Notes: generated by a model from the letters alone, not told the origin. 16,754 nt of DNA from Anaerolineae bacterium (GCA_004297445.1 SCUK01000024.1:1-16754), one strand, 5' to 3'. Shown: positions 1-9,222, numbered from the stretch's first letter. A program made the numbers and translations.

Positions 1-1095
1 GGGGTCGGCGGCGGCGGCTGCAATGCCGTCGAGCGCATGATTAAGGAAGGGTTGCAGGGCATCGAATTCATTTCGATAAATACCGATGCCCAGGCCCTCA
101 TGCTTTCCAACGCCCAGACCCGCGTGCGCATTGGCGACAAGCACACCCGCGGCCTCGGCGCTGGCGGCAACCCGGAGAACGGGCGCAAGGCCGCCGAAGA
201 ATCCGCCGAAGACCTGTACAGCGTCATCAAGGGCGCAGACATGGTGTTCGTCACCGCCGGCATTGGCGGTGGTACCGGCACCGGCGCTGCGCCCATCGTC
301 TCGCAGATTGCCCGCGAGTGCGGCGCGCTCACCATCGGCGTCGTCACCCGCCCGTTCACCTTTGAAGGCGCCCGCCGCGGCCAGACCGCCGAGGCCGGAA
401 TTTCCAAATTAAAAGAGCAGGTGGATACCCTCATCGTCATCCCCAATGACCGCCTGCTGCAAATAGTCGACAAGCGCGCCAGCCTGACCGACGCCTTCAG
501 CGTCGCCGACGATGTGCTGCGCCAGGGCATTCAGGGCATCTCGGAACTTATCACCGTGCCCGGCCTCATCAACCTGGACTTCGCCGATGTGCGCACCATC
601 ATGTCCGAAGGCGGCGCCGCGCTTATGGCGGTCGGCAAGGCCAGCGGCGAAGACCGCGCCCGCCTCGCCGCTGAACAGGCTATCACCAGCAACCTGCTGG
701 ACATCACCATTGACGGCGCGCGCGGCATCCTCTTCAACGTCACCGGCGGCTCAGACCTTTCGCTCTTCGAGGTCAACCAGGCCGCGGCGATCATTAAGGA
801 AACCGCTCACCCGGACGTCAACCTCATCTTCGGCGCGGTGGTCGACCCCAACATGGGCGACGATATCCGCATCACTGTCATCGCCACCGGCTTCGAACGC
901 AGTGGCGTGCCGCGGCGCATGTTGCGCACCCGCCCGACCCAGCAGAACACAACCGCCAGCCGCCCGGCGGGCCAGAGCGTTGCAGATGCCGCCGAAGCCG
1001 CCATGCGCGGCGGGCAGAGCCAGGAACTGGAACCGGCCTACAACCCGGAAGACCTGGACATCCCCACCTTCCTGCGCAAGCGCGTCAGCAAGTAA
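1..1095 (+). CDS. ftsZ: Cell division protein FtsZ (5'-partial; N-terminus lies upstream of window)
   Basis: The frame is open from nt 1. Its translation begins [17 protein letters not shown]..., then the tubulin signature [10 protein letters not shown], then ...[11 protein letters not shown]... All are diagnostic FtsZ motifs. Stop TAA at 1093-1095. The ORF track's 37..1095 is an internal Met of the same frame. Confidence 0.95.
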   Translation, partial: GVGGGGCNAVERMIKEGLQGIEFISINTDAQALMLSNAQTRVRIGDKHTRGLGAGGNPENGRKAAEESAEDLYSVIKGADMVFVTAGIGGGTGTGAAPIVSQIARECGALTIGVVTRPFTFEGARRGQTAEAGISKLKEQVDTLIVIPNDRLLQIVDKRASLTDAFSVADDVLRQGIQGISELITVPGLINLDFADVRTIMSEGGAALMAVGKASGEDRARLAAEQAITSNLLDITIDGARGILFNVTGGSDLSLFEVNQAAAIIKETAHPDVNLIFGAVVDPNMGDDIRITVIATGFERSGVPRRMLRTRPTQQNTTASRPAGQSVADAAEAAMRGGQSQELEPAYNPEDLDIPTFLRKRVSK

Positions 1096-1170
1096 CCCCG
1101 CGGCGCGGCCGCGGCCCAACCTGTAGAGTGCATCCCAGTCCTCCCGGGATGACTTGACCCCTTCACAACC

Positions 1171-1210
1171 GCCCTCCCTGTCGGCCTTCGCCCGGGGAGG
1201 GCTGTTTTTA
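1171..1210 (+). terminator. Rho-independent terminator after ftsZ
   Basis: Stem GCCCTCCC (1171-1178) pairs with GGGAGGGC (1195-1202). It is followed by TGTTTTTA (1203-1210). Confidence 0.6.
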
Positions 1211-1258
1211 ATCGGGGAGCAAGGTAGTCGTTTTGCCGTAAGGGGTGCCGAATTAGTT

Positions 1259-1277
1259 CTGTATTCGGAGAATACAG
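1259..1277. promoter_or_regulatory. Perfect inverted repeat CTGTATTC-gga-GAATACAG upstream of the sortase-domain gene (candidate operator)
   Basis: 8-bp arms with a 3-bp spacer, read directly from the sequence. It lies about 115 bp upstream of the ATG at 1394, in a comparatively AT-rich leader. Confidence 0.35.
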
Positions 1278-1393
1278 GTAAACATACGAATAGACCGGCA
1301 TTCCCTATTCTGTTAGGATGATTCTGGTTATTAAAAGAGAGCCGTAAACGGAACGGTTCTTGAGTCTAGTGGCGCTACATCCTGGGAGGGATA

Positions 1394-3211
1394 ATGGCAA
1401 AGTCTGGTTTTCGCGTCTTAATCTCATTTGGTTTGTGCCTCGCATTGTTGATTGCCACCGTGCCGCAGGTGTTTGCTGCGACCACCTTCACCCTGTCCAG
1501 CCTGAGCGGGCAGGATGGCTGGGATGGCGGCATCGTTGCCGGTAACCCGATAGGCTTCGCTGGCAACGTCAATATCATTAATACCGATGCTCATATTGGC
1601 AGCCAGTCCTGGCGCTATGCTGGCGGCAGCAGCAGCCCGGGGGCAGGCACAGCGTTCTCGCCGGCTGTCTCCAGCGTGGGCTCACCGGATCAGGGCGGCG
1701 CAGGCGACCGTGTCATCATTAGTTTTGCATTCAAGGCCGCCAACCCGGGCGACGGCTCGCGCATCAACATGCACGAAGGCGCAGTCGCGCGCGATGATCG
1801 CACCGGCAACAACATTTACCTGGAAGCCGTTAGCGCTACACAGGTGCGCGTCTACATGAACCGCGCCATCGCTGCCTCGCCGTATTTTCAGGAACTCACT
1901 CTGGGATACGTGGACGCTTCTACCTGGCACGTCATCGAGCTGGACACCACTTACGCCGTGACCGATTCCGACGACCTCACCACCTGGGGGTTGACCACGT
2001 ACACGGTGGATGGGGTGGTGCTGGGGACCGAAACGCCCTGGGCCCACTGGTGGCGGCACAAGAATGGCTATGTGTATGCGCCGGGCTCAGGCGTCAAATT
2101 CGCCAGCACCTACAATGACGGGTCTCACGCCGGTTTCTTTGTGGATGATGTCAGCATCCGCGTGATTGACAATTCTACTCACGCCACCCTGGATGCCTAC
2201 ACCACCAGCTTCGAAGCCACCGGAGTCTTCCCCGCCACTTCAGGCGACCCCATCAGCGGCACGGATAACGCGCCTCTTTCTCAAATCACCGTCGTCTTTG
2301 ATGCCGACCTCTACAATCCGGCCGGAAATTCCGAGGCAGATGATGTGACCAACCCGGACAACTACCTGCTGTTCCAGCCCGGCCCGAATGCAGCCTTCGA
2401 CACGGTGGAGTGCAGCACCGGCCTCCAACCGGACGACGTGCAGGTATCTGTGGACAGTGTGGCGTATAGCAATGGCGGCGGGAGCGGCCCATTTGAGGCC
2501 ACCCTGACTCTGAACGGCGCAGCGGACCTGACCGCAGGCGACTATCGCCTGCTGGTGTGCGGCACAACCTCGCTTGTGAACCTCATCGGCGTGCCGCTGA
2601 ATGATGCGCCCGGCACGGATACCGCGTTTGACTTCGGCATCGTGGCCGCTACCGCGGCGCCAGGTGCTGCAGTAGACGCTACGGCGGATGCTGAAACGGC
2701 ATTTGCCTTGCCCGCCACCGGCTTCACGCCGGGCGTGGTCACGCAGTTACCCGCCCAACCAGTCGATTTGGCCTACGCCAGCACCGACTTGATGTTGAGC
2801 ATCCCGAACCTCGGTGTGCAGATCGATATCGTGGGTGTGCCGTTGGTAAATGGTGAATGGGACGTCTCCTGGATTGGCCAGCAGGCCGGTTACCTGTACG
2901 GCACGGCCTTCCCCACCTGGGCCGGCAATACCGTCATCACCGCCCATGTGTGGGACGCCAACAACAACCCTGGCCCCTTCGCAGACCTCGCAGATTTGCA
3001 GTTCGGTGACACGATAGAGATCCTCGCCTTCGGCCAGACCTACATCTACGAAGTGCGCGACTCCGCCAGCCTGCGCCCCACTGACCGCAGCCCCTTCGCC
3101 CACAGCGACTACGCCTTACTCACCCTAATCACTTGCGAAGGCTTCGACCCCCGCACCGGCGACTACCTCTTCCGCCGCGTGGTATCGGCTGTGCTGGTGG
3201 AAATCCGCTAG
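1394..3211 (+). CDS. Secreted multidomain protein: signal peptide, jelly-roll/lectin-like region, Ig-like region, A/T/P/G-rich linker with an LPATG motif, C-terminal sortase (class E/F-like transpeptidase) domain
   Basis: RBS GGGAGGG lies 5 nt before the ATG. The N-terminus MAKSGFRVLISFGLCLALLIATVPQVFAATT is a signal peptide. The C-terminal about 170 aa match the sortase fold pattern: ...LSIPNLGVQIDIV..., then AGNTVITAHVW (His), then LTLITCEGFD (Cys), then LFRRVVSAV (Arg). LPATGF occurs about 25 aa before the sortase domain. Confidence 0.65.
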   Translation: MAKSGFRVLISFGLCLALLIATVPQVFAATTFTLSSLSGQDGWDGGIVAGNPIGFAGNVNIINTDAHIGSQSWRYAGGSSSPGAGTAFSPAVSSVGSPDQGGAGDRVIISFAFKAANPGDGSRINMHEGAVARDDRTGNNIYLEAVSATQVRVYMNRAIAASPYFQELTLGYVDASTWHVIELDTTYAVTDSDDLTTWGLTTYTVDGVVLGTETPWAHWWRHKNGYVYAPGSGVKFASTYNDGSHAGFFVDDVSIRVIDNSTHATLDAYTTSFEATGVFPATSGDPISGTDNAPLSQITVVFDADLYNPAGNSEADDVTNPDNYLLFQPGPNAAFDTVECSTGLQPDDVQVSVDSVAYSNGGGSGPFEATLTLNGAADLTAGDYRLLVCGTTSLVNLIGVPLNDAPGTDTAFDFGIVAATAAPGAAVDATADAETAFALPATGFTPGVVTQLPAQPVDLAYASTDLMLSIPNLGVQIDIVGVPLVNGEWDVSWIGQQAGYLYGTAFPTWAGNTVITAHVWDANNNPGPFADLADLQFGDTIEILAFGQTYIYEVRDSASLRPTDRSPFAHSDYALLTLITCEGFDPRTGDYLFRRVVSAVLVEIR

Positions 3212-3233
3212 GCATTAATACGCTCAGGTAGGT

Positions 3234-3264
3234 AGGGGTGCAGCATGCTGCACCCCTAGTTTTA
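3234..3264 (+). terminator. Rho-independent terminator after the sortase-domain gene
   Basis: Stem AGGGGTGCAGC / GCTGCACCCCT with a palindromic core GCAGCATGCTGC, followed by AGTTTTA. Confidence 0.65.
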
Positions 3265-3413
3265 CGCCACAAGACCGGGATTGCCAGCTGTTTGGATTAG
3301 GAATATGATTGAGCCAGTTGTGGCACACTGAATGAGTAGGAAAACCATACAATTGTTCTCTGAAATTGCAGGTTCAAGCGATATCCACTATGAAGGTGAT
3401 GGAGCGAAAAACC

Positions 3414-4160
3414 ATGGCTGCGTCTAAAACGTTTCGAATAGTAGTGTTGCTTGCCATCCTGGCCGGCACAATGTCATTGGGCGTGAACCCTGCCCAGGCC
3501 GCGCCGCCCCCACCAGAGTTGCAGGACCCGGAGACCGCGTGTGTGGATTTCTTCGGAGGTCAATGGCTGGGAGGAGGCGACTGCTTCTTCGGCCCTCCCG
3601 ATTACATCCCCTTCTTCCTCATTTCACAGGGAATCTACCTGGGCGGATTCCAAGCAGAGTGGAACGAGCTCCTGGCAGAGTTCGGCTGCAGCCCGGGTAC
3701 AGGTGTTGCTTTACCTATGATAAAGATCGTTTTCGGCCCGGGCCCGCTGGATTATATATACTTTCCTGATGAAAGTGGCGCCCGTTGTGCTGAAGCTCCC
3801 TATGGTGGAGTGAATGGCCGCGCCGGTGACACCGATGACGCCGGCACGCTGTCGCTCAAGCAGCCGCGCAACGGCTTCATCCAGTACGATGCCGGCACCT
3901 GCTCCGGTGTGTGCAAGGTGAGCGGCAACCTGCCGGTCAACGCCGACAAGTACATCAGCGAGATTCCCGGCACAGTGAGCGCCATGCTGTACGTCCAGTT
4001 GGGCGGCGGCACAGGCTCGTACTCGGCCTGCTTCTGGGGTGAGGGCCAGATCTACCAGCGCATCAGCGGAACATGGCAGGCAGTTGCCACCAGCATCGCC
4101 AACGGCATGTCCTGTGCGGCCGGAGCGGGCGACGGTTCCTACGCCTTCGTCGAGAACTAG
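3414..4160 (+). CDS. Secreted cysteine-rich hypothetical protein (8 Cys in the mature part)
   Basis: GGAG lies 9 nt upstream of the ATG at 3414. MAASKTFRIVVLLAILAGTMSLGVNPAQA is a classical signal peptide. I recognise no family. An alternative in-frame start at 3366 has no SD. Local GC is lower than the surrounding genes. Confidence 0.5.
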   Translation: MAASKTFRIVVLLAILAGTMSLGVNPAQAAPPPPELQDPETACVDFFGGQWLGGGDCFFGPPDYIPFFLISQGIYLGGFQAEWNELLAEFGCSPGTGVALPMIKIVFGPGPLDYIYFPDESGARCAEAPYGGVNGRAGDTDDAGTLSLKQPRNGFIQYDAGTCSGVCKVSGNLPVNADKYISEIPGTVSAMLYVQLGGGTGSYSACFWGEGQIYQRISGTWQAVATSIANGMSCAAGAGDGSYAFVEN

Positions 4161-4182
4161 AAATAGCGTTGAAGGATGACCT

Positions 4183-4214
4183 AACGGCGGGGCAGCAATG
4201 CCCCGCCGTTTGAT
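4183..4214 (+). terminator. Rho-independent terminator after the cysteine-rich protein gene
   Basis: Stem AACGGCGGGG (4183-4192) pairs with CCCCGCCGTT (4201-4210) across an 8-nt loop. It is followed by TGATTC. Confidence 0.55.
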
Positions 4215-4302
4215 TCGGCAGGCCTCGCGTACTATTCCTCTGACCCATCTTGTGAAATGCAATTCACCTTTCTTAAAATATTCGAAAATTCGTGCTAAAT
4301 CC

Positions 4303-4331
4303 TTGCTTCGACCTGACAGATATGTTAGAAT
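4303..4331 (+). promoter_or_regulatory. Sigma70-like promoter of nrdR(-nrdJ): -35 TTGCTT, 17-bp spacer, -10 TAGAAT
   Basis: The hexamers are at 4303-4308 and 4326-4331 with exactly 17 nt between them, about 90 bp upstream of the nrdR ATG. Confidence 0.5.
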
Positions 4332-4375
4332 GCGATGAGCAAAAGCACTAAATATAGGTACTTACACTATACGTA

Positions 4376-4391
4376 CCCCCATATATGGGGG
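4376..4391. promoter_or_regulatory. Perfect 16-bp palindrome CCCCCATATATGGGGG in the nrdR leader; candidate NrdR box/operator
   Basis: It is its own reverse complement. The ATATAT core with flanking C/G dyad resembles the NrdR-box consensus (acaCwAtATaTwGtgt). It sits downstream of the -10, as repressor operators do. An ACACTATA half-site-like word lies just upstream at 4364-4371. Confidence 0.45.
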
Positions 4392-4421
4392 TGATATGTC
4401 TGAACCAGGAAAACGACCTAC

Positions 4422-4874
4422 ATGCGCTGCCCGTTCTGCCACAGTGAAGATGGTTCCAAAGTGATTGACACCTCGCATGATGCGCGTGGCGGCATCCGGC
4501 GGCGGCGCGAATGCAAGGATTGCGGCCAGCGCTACTCGTCCTACGAGCGCCCCATCCTCGCCACTCCGCTCATCATCAAGGAAGACGGCACCCGCGAAGA
4601 GTTCGACCGCGAGAAACTGCTGCGCGGCCTACGCATCTCGTGCGCAAAGCGCCCTGTCTCCGCCGCCGACCTGGACCGGCTGGCTGGCGAAATTGAAGCC
4701 CATCTGCAACGTCTCGGCAAAGCCGAAGTGTCCTCACGCGTCATCGGCGATATGGTCATCAACGGCCTCAAAGACCTGGACGCCATTGCCTACATGCGCT
4801 TCGCCATCGTGTATCTCAAATTGGATGACCTTCAGTCGGTCCGCAGTCTGCTGGACCGGCTGATAGAGAACTAA
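4422..4874 (+). CDS. nrdR: Transcriptional repressor NrdR (zinc ribbon + ATP-cone)
   Basis: N-terminus MRCPFCHSEDGSKVIDT...RRRRECKDCGQRYSSYE matches the zinc ribbon CxxC...CxxC. The ATP-cone region is about 150 aa, typical of NrdR. RBS AGGAAAA lies upstream. Confidence 0.92.
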   Translation: MRCPFCHSEDGSKVIDTSHDARGGIRRRRECKDCGQRYSSYERPILATPLIIKEDGTREEFDREKLLRGLRISCAKRPVSAADLDRLAGEIEAHLQRLGKAEVSSRVIGDMVINGLKDLDAIAYMRFAIVYLKLDDLQSVRSLLDRLIEN

Positions 4875-4882
4875 GACCCTAC

Positions 4883-4920
4883 CCCGCCGGCAGCCATTTT
4901 GCCGGAGGGGTGTCTGTGTT
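4883..4920 (+). other. Imperfect hairpin in the nrdR–nrdJ spacer (possible partial terminator/attenuator)
   Basis: CCCGCCGGCA (4883-4892) pairs with TGCCGGAGGG (4900-4909), 9/10 pairs across a 7-nt loop. It is followed by the U-rich GTGTCTGTGTTT. Confidence 0.3.
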
Positions 4921-4949
4921 TACAAAGTTCGTTATTAGGAGAGCCCGCC

Positions 4950-7900
4950 ATGTTGAATAAGACCGCCCCCAAACCCCCCGTCGCCGGCCTGCTGCCCACA
5001 CCGGAACGCCCCGCCGACCTGCCGCCCGCCCGCCTGACCGAGAACGCCCTGTCCGTCTTCCTGCGGCGTTACGCCCGCCGCGGCGCGGATGGCAAGCCGG
5101 TCGAAACGGTGGAGGACACTTTCTGGCGCGTGGCGTATCACGTGGCCAAGGTGGAGACGGAGTGGGACGCGGACGAAATGGCGGCCGCCCGCGACTACTA
5201 CGCCCTCCTCGCCGAAAAGCGCTTCTTCCCCAACTCGCCCACCTTCACCGGTGCCGGCACGCCCCTCGGCCAGCTGGCCGCCTGCTTCGTCCTGCCCATC
5301 AGCGACGATATGGGCCGCCGCGAGTCCGGCATTTTCCAGACCCTGCGCGACGCCGCCCTCATTCAGCAGACCGGCGGCGGCAACGGCTTCGCCTTCTCCC
5401 GCCTGCGCCCCAAGAACGCCCTGGTCAAGACCTCGGCGGGCAAGGCCACCGGGCCGGTGGGCTTCCTGCGCGTCTACGATGAGGCTTTCGGCGAGATCGC
5501 CCAGGGCGGTACCCGCCGCGGCGCCAACATGGGCGTCCTGCGCGTCGACCACCCGGATGTGGAAGAGTTCATCACCTGCAAGACCAACGAGAACGCCATC
5601 ACCAACTTCAATATCTCCGTGGGCATCACCGATGCCTTTATGCGCGCCGTCCAGAACGACGAAGAATGGCCCCTGCGCTTCCCGGATGTGAGCGACCCGC
5701 GCTACAAGACCTTTGAGGGCACGCTCGAAGACGCCGAGAAGGCCGGCCTGCCCATCCTGACCCACAAGACCGTCAACGCCCGCGAACTGTTCAGCAAGAT
5801 CGTGGAGCACGCCCACCACAACGGTGAGCCCGGCCTCCTGTTCCTGGACGCCGCCAACCGCGAGAACCCCGTCCCGCACCTCTACGCCCTTGAAGCCACC
5901 AACCCCTGCGTGACCGGCGATACGCTCATTTACACGGCTGAGGGTCTGCGGCGCGCCGACGAACTAGCCGGGGCCAGCCGCCCGGTGGATGTGATTGTGG
6001 ACGGCCGATTTGGAACCGATACTTTCCAGCCTGCCTCGCATGTTTTCGCCACGGGTGTGAAAGATGTGATTCGCCTCAAGACCGTGGAAGGCTATGAAGT
6101 TCGCCTCACGGCTGACCATCGGGTGATGACCGAGACCGGCTGGTCGGCAGCGAAAGACCTGCGTCCGGGCGACCGTGTGCATCTGCTTAACCGCCCCGGC
6201 GGGTTTGGCCCGGCGGGCACGCCGGAACTTGGCATGGTACTGGGCTGGTTGGTCGGGGACGGCACTGTCAACCAGGTGCGCGCCGTGTTGTCCTTCTTCG
6301 GCCGCGAGAAAGCTGAACTGGCGCCGATGTTCGCCGAAGCAGTGACGGGCCTGGTGGACAGGGACGGACGCTATTCTGAGAGCCTCGGGCGCCGTTATCC
6401 GGTGGGGCTTACCGACATCCCTGATCGCGACGAGGTGCGGATCCAGTCCGACCGACTGCTGAAACTTGCGGCGCAATATGGTCTCGCAGACGAAAAACTC
6501 CAGGTACCGGCGGTCATCTTCACTGCCAATGAACCTACCCAGCGCGCCTTCCTGCAGGCTCTCTTCACCGCCGATGGTACTGTGAACGACGGTGGCGAGA
6601 AGGGCTGCAGTGTGCGGCTCACTTCCATAAGTTACACGCTCCTGCAGGATGTCCAGCGCATGCTTCTTAATTTCGGTATCGCCAGCCGCATCTATGCCGA
6701 ACGGCGCTCTGCCGGTTACCGCAGCCTGCCGGACGGAAAGGGCGGGTTGGCCGAATACTGGTGCGCCGCGTATCACGAACTGGCGATCACCAAAGCCAAT
6801 CTGATTCAATTCGCCAACTGCGTCGGGTTCCTGAGCGAAGCCAAGCAATCCGCGCTACTCGATTATTTGAGCCCCATGCCGCGCGGTCCTTACCGGGAAC
6901 GCTTCACGGCCCGGGTGGACTACGTCGAACCTGATGGTCGCGAGACCGTCTATGACCTCCAGCAGCCGACGACGAACTCCTTCATCGCCAATGGGCTGGT
7001 GGTACACAATTGCGGCGAGCAATGGCTCGGCCCCTACGAGAATTGCTGCCTCGGCAGCATCAACCTCGCCGAGCACTTCGGCCCGGATGGCAGCGTGGAC
7101 TGGGAGAAACTGCGCCAGACCACCGAGCAGTCCACCCGCTTCCTCGATGACGTCGTGCAGGGCAATGCCTATGTGCCCGCCGTCCCGCAACTTAAGGACG
7201 CCGCCTACCGGGCGCGCCGCATCGGCCTCGGCATCATGGGCATGGCGGACCTGATGTACCATGCCGGCATCCGCTACGGCTCCAAAGAAGGGCAGGAGTT
7301 CGTCGCCCAGGTAATGGAATTCGTGCGCTACGAGTGCATGCGCACCAGCGTCGAACTCGCCAAAGCCCGCGGGCCATTCGAGGCCATCGAGGGTAGCCTG
7401 TACGACCCGAAGGACCTCAAGTGGTCGCCGCCCCAGCCGGTGGACCTCTACACCAGCGACTTTGGCCGCCCCGCCCTGGATTGGGTCGGCATTGTCAAAG
7501 GCATCAAGAAGCACGGCATCCGCAACGCCGCCCAGACCACCATCGCCCCCACCGGCACCATCGCCACCGTGTCCGGCTGTGAGGGCTACGGTTGCGAGCC
7601 GGTCTTCGCCCTGGCCTACATCCGCCACGTCAATGATAACGGCAAGGACCTTAAACTGACCTACACCAGCCCGCTGTTTGAAGCCGCCCTGGCGAAAGCC
7701 GGGCTGGACGAAACCGCGCGGGCACGCATTGTCGAGCAGGTCGTCGCCACCGGCACCTGCCGCGGCGTGGCTGGCGTGCCGGAGAACATCGCCAACACCT
7801 TCGTCGTCTCATCGGACATCACCGCCGAGGAGCACGTCCGCATGCAGGCCGCGTTGCAGGCTTTCGTGGACAACAGCCTGAGCAAGACCGTCAACTTCCC

Positions 7901-8630
7901 GCCCGAAGCCACCGAGCAGGACGTGGCCACCGCCTACATGCTGGCCTGGGAACTGGGCTGCAAGGGCATCACCGTGTACGTCACCGGCTCGCGCGACAAG
8001 GTCGTGCTGGAAACCCACGAGACGGCCAAGGCCAAACAGCCCGAACCCGCCGTCACCGAGCTGCCCGCCCTGTGGAACGAATCCAAGAAGCCGCGCCCGC
8101 GTTTCCTGCCCGGCTTCACCTACTACACCAACACGCCCGTTGGCAAAGCCTTCGTCACCATCAACGAGAACGGCGGCGGCCAGCCCTTCGAGGTCTTCCT
8201 CACCACTGCCAAAGCCGGCTCCGAGACCGCCGCCGTGTCCGAGGCCATTGGCCGCCTGATTTCCTACCTGCTGCGCCTTGCCTCGCCCGTCGCGCCCCGT
8301 GCCCGCCTGCGCGAGATTTTCAGCCAGCTCAACGGTATCGGCGGCTCGCGCTCGATGGGCTTCGGCCCCAACCGCGTCGGCTCCCTGCCGGATGGCGTTT
8401 CGCAGGCCCTCGCCGAGTACCTGGACAGCACCGAGCACCGCTTCACCGACCAGCCCGCCAAACCCGCCAATGGTAACGGCAATCATGCTCTCATACCGCA
8501 GGATGGCGAGCCCCAGCCGGTCTTCAAGCCGGAAGCCATCGGCGACATCTGCCCGGAGTGCGGCCACGCCTCCGTCATCAACGAGGAGGGCTGCCGCAAG
8601 TGCTATTCCTGCGGCTATAGCGAGTGCTAA
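4950..8630 (+). CDS. nrdJ: Ribonucleotide reductase, adenosylcobalamin-dependent class II type (NrdJ-like), interrupted by an in-frame intein
   Basis: AGGAGA lies 10 nt before the ATG at 4950 (MLNKTAPK...). The ORF track extends to 4899 but with no SD. Extein motifs include [12 protein letters not shown] and the active-site finger ATNP|CGEQ, restored after intein removal. The C-terminus has a Cys cluster CPECG...[12 protein letters not shown]. Extein length is about 858 aa with no ATP-cone. Confidence 0.85.
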   Translation: MLNKTAPKPPVAGLLPTPERPADLPPARLTENALSVFLRRYARRGADGKPVETVEDTFWRVAYHVAKVETEWDADEMAAARDYYALLAEKRFFPNSPTFTGAGTPLGQLAACFVLPISDDMGRRESGIFQTLRDAALIQQTGGGNGFAFSRLRPKNALVKTSAGKATGPVGFLRVYDEAFGEIAQGGTRRGANMGVLRVDHPDVEEFITCKTNENAITNFNISVGITDAFMRAVQNDEEWPLRFPDVSDPRYKTFEGTLEDAEKAGLPILTHKTVNARELFSKIVEHAHHNGEPGLLFLDAANRENPVPHLYALEATNPCVTGDTLIYTAEGLRRADELAGASRPVDVIVDGRFGTDTFQPASHVFATGVKDVIRLKTVEGYEVRLTADHRVMTETGWSAAKDLRPGDRVHLLNRPGGFGPAGTPELGMVLGWLVGDGTVNQVRAVLSFFGREKAELAPMFAEAVTGLVDRDGRYSESLGRRYPVGLTDIPDRDEVRIQSDRLLKLAAQYGLADEKLQVPAVIFTANEPTQRAFLQALFTADGTVNDGGEKGCSVRLTSISYTLLQDVQRMLLNFGIASRIYAERRSAGYRSLPDGKGGLAEYWCAAYHELAITKANLIQFANCVGFLSEAKQSALLDYLSPMPRGPYRERFTARVDYVEPDGRETVYDLQQPTTNSFIANGLVVHNCGEQWLGPYENCCLGSINLAEHFGPDGSVDWEKLRQTTEQSTRFLDDVVQGNAYVPAVPQLKDAAYRARRIGLGIMGMADLMYHAGIRYGSKEGQEFVAQVMEFVRYECMRTSVELAKARGPFEAIEGSLYDPKDLKWSPPQPVDLYTSDFGRPALDWVGIVKGIKKHGIRNAAQTTIAPTGTIATVSGCEGYGCEPVFALAYIRHVNDNGKDLKLTYTSPLFEAALAKAGLDETARARIVEQVVATGTCRGVAGVPENIANTFVVSSDITAEEHVRMQAALQAFVDNSLSKTVNFPPEATEQDVATAYMLAWELGCKGITVYVTGSRDKVVLETHETAKAKQPEPAVTELPALWNESKKPRPRFLPGFTYYTNTPVGKAFVTINENGGGQPFEVFLTTAKAGSETAAVSEAIGRLISYLLRLASPVAPRARLREIFSQLNGIGGSRSMGFGPNRVGSLPDGVSQALAEYLDSTEHRFTDQPAKPANGNGNHALIPQDGEPQPVFKPEAIGDICPECGHASVINEEGCRKCYSCGYSEC
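5907..7010 (+). mobile_element. Intein (368 aa) with LAGLIDADG homing-endonuclease domain, inserted at the catalytic Cys of the NPCGE motif of nrdJ
   Basis: It begins [14 protein letters not shown] (block A). It has the TxxH motif LTADHRV (block B). Two LAGLIDADG motifs are present: [11 protein letters not shown] and [12 protein letters not shown]. It ends ...GLVVHN, followed by the +1 Cys of CGEQ. Confidence 0.85.
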
Positions 8631-8633
8631 TTT

Positions 8634-8660
8634 TGTCATTCCGAGCGAAGCGAGGAATCC
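8634..8660. repeat. Short intergenic repeat copy A (TGTCATTCCGAGCGAAGCGAGGAATCC)
   Basis: It is near-identical to the two halves of the split copy at 9869-9928. Confidence 0.6.
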
Positions 8661-8755
8661 CGACCCTGCTTGCTCTTCCATCTCGCTCACTGGAAACAAA
8701 GTCCGGTTTTGCAGGATTCGTTTCCTCGAGCCGGAAATTGTGAAGCCGACATTTA

Positions 8756-9040
8756 ATGGAGACTGACCGCCTCCAGTTCCGCGCCCACGCCGTCCAGCGC
8801 ATGTTTGAGCGCGGCATCAGCGTGGATGAGGTTCTGGCTCTACTGCGCGAGGGCGAAATAATCGAAGACTACACCGCCGATATGCCCGCCCCCGGCGAGC
8901 TGCGGCTGGGCTGGGCGGGGGCACGCCCCCTGCATGCCGTCTTCGCCTTCGATGCCGCCCGTACCGCCGCCGTGGTGGTGACCGCCTACGAACCGTCTCT
9001 CGCCGACTGGGGCGACACCTTCCGCCAGAGGCGCGCGTGA
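8756..9040 (+). CDS. DUF4258-family protein (toxin component of a DUF4258/YgiT-type TA pair)
   Basis: 94 aa: ...AVQRMFERGISVDEVLALLREGEIIEDY...LRLGWAGARPLHAVFAF...VVVTAYEP... is the typical DUF4258 pattern. Its stop overlaps the next gene's start (ATGA). Confidence 0.8.
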   Translation: METDRLQFRAHAVQRMFERGISVDEVLALLREGEIIEDYTADMPAPGELRLGWAGARPLHAVFAFDAARTAAVVVTAYEPSLADWGDTFRQRRA

Positions 9041-9222
9041 TCTGCGTCATGTGCCGGGTCGCCGACCCCGAACCGGGGTTTGCCACCCTCACGCTTGAAT
9101 GCGACGGCTATACCACCGTGGTCAATGCCGTGCCCGCCGCTATCTGCCCGGAGTGTGGCGAAGAATATCTGGACGAAGCCGTCGTGCGCCGCGTCCTGGC
9201 CGCCGCCCTGGCCGGGGAGTAG
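9037..9222 (+). CDS. YgiT-type zinc-finger protein (MqsA-N-terminal-like antitoxin partner of DUF4258)
   Basis: 61 aa with two CxxC pairs: CVMCRV ... TLECDGYTTVVNAVPAAICPECGEEYLDEAV. This matches the YgiT-type zinc-finger family. It overlaps the upstream gene by 4 bp. Confidence 0.8.
   Translation: MICVMCRVADPEPGFATLTLECDGYTTVVNAVPAAICPECGEEYLDEAVVRRVLAAALAGE

Noticed and set aside
86-1126. ORFs 86..412 +, 512..1126 +, 751..1119 - and others overlapping ftsZ
   Set aside because: They overlap an unambiguous FtsZ frame. Pro/Ala/Ser/Arg-rich compositions are typical of out-of-frame GC-rich translation.
3711-4262. 183-aa minus-strand ORF overlapping the Cys-rich secreted protein gene
   Set aside because: The + strand gene has a signal peptide, an RBS and flanking terminators in the right orientation. 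The minus ORF has none of these.
4875-4949. Possible cobalamin riboswitch upstream of the B12-dependent nrdJ
   Set aside because: The spacer is only about 75 nt. It lacks the conserved B12-box word as far as I can see, and regulation is more simply explained by the NrdR operator. It contains only a simple hairpin.
4935-8699. Long antisense ORFs (4935..5879 -, 5964..6848 -, 6855..7628 -, 7809..8699 -) and many internal + frame ORFs overlapping nrdJ
   Set aside because: High-GC DNA generates long stop-free alternative frames. All of these overlap the strongly supported nrdJ/intein reading frame, and their translations are Ala/Gly/Arg-rich low-complexity.
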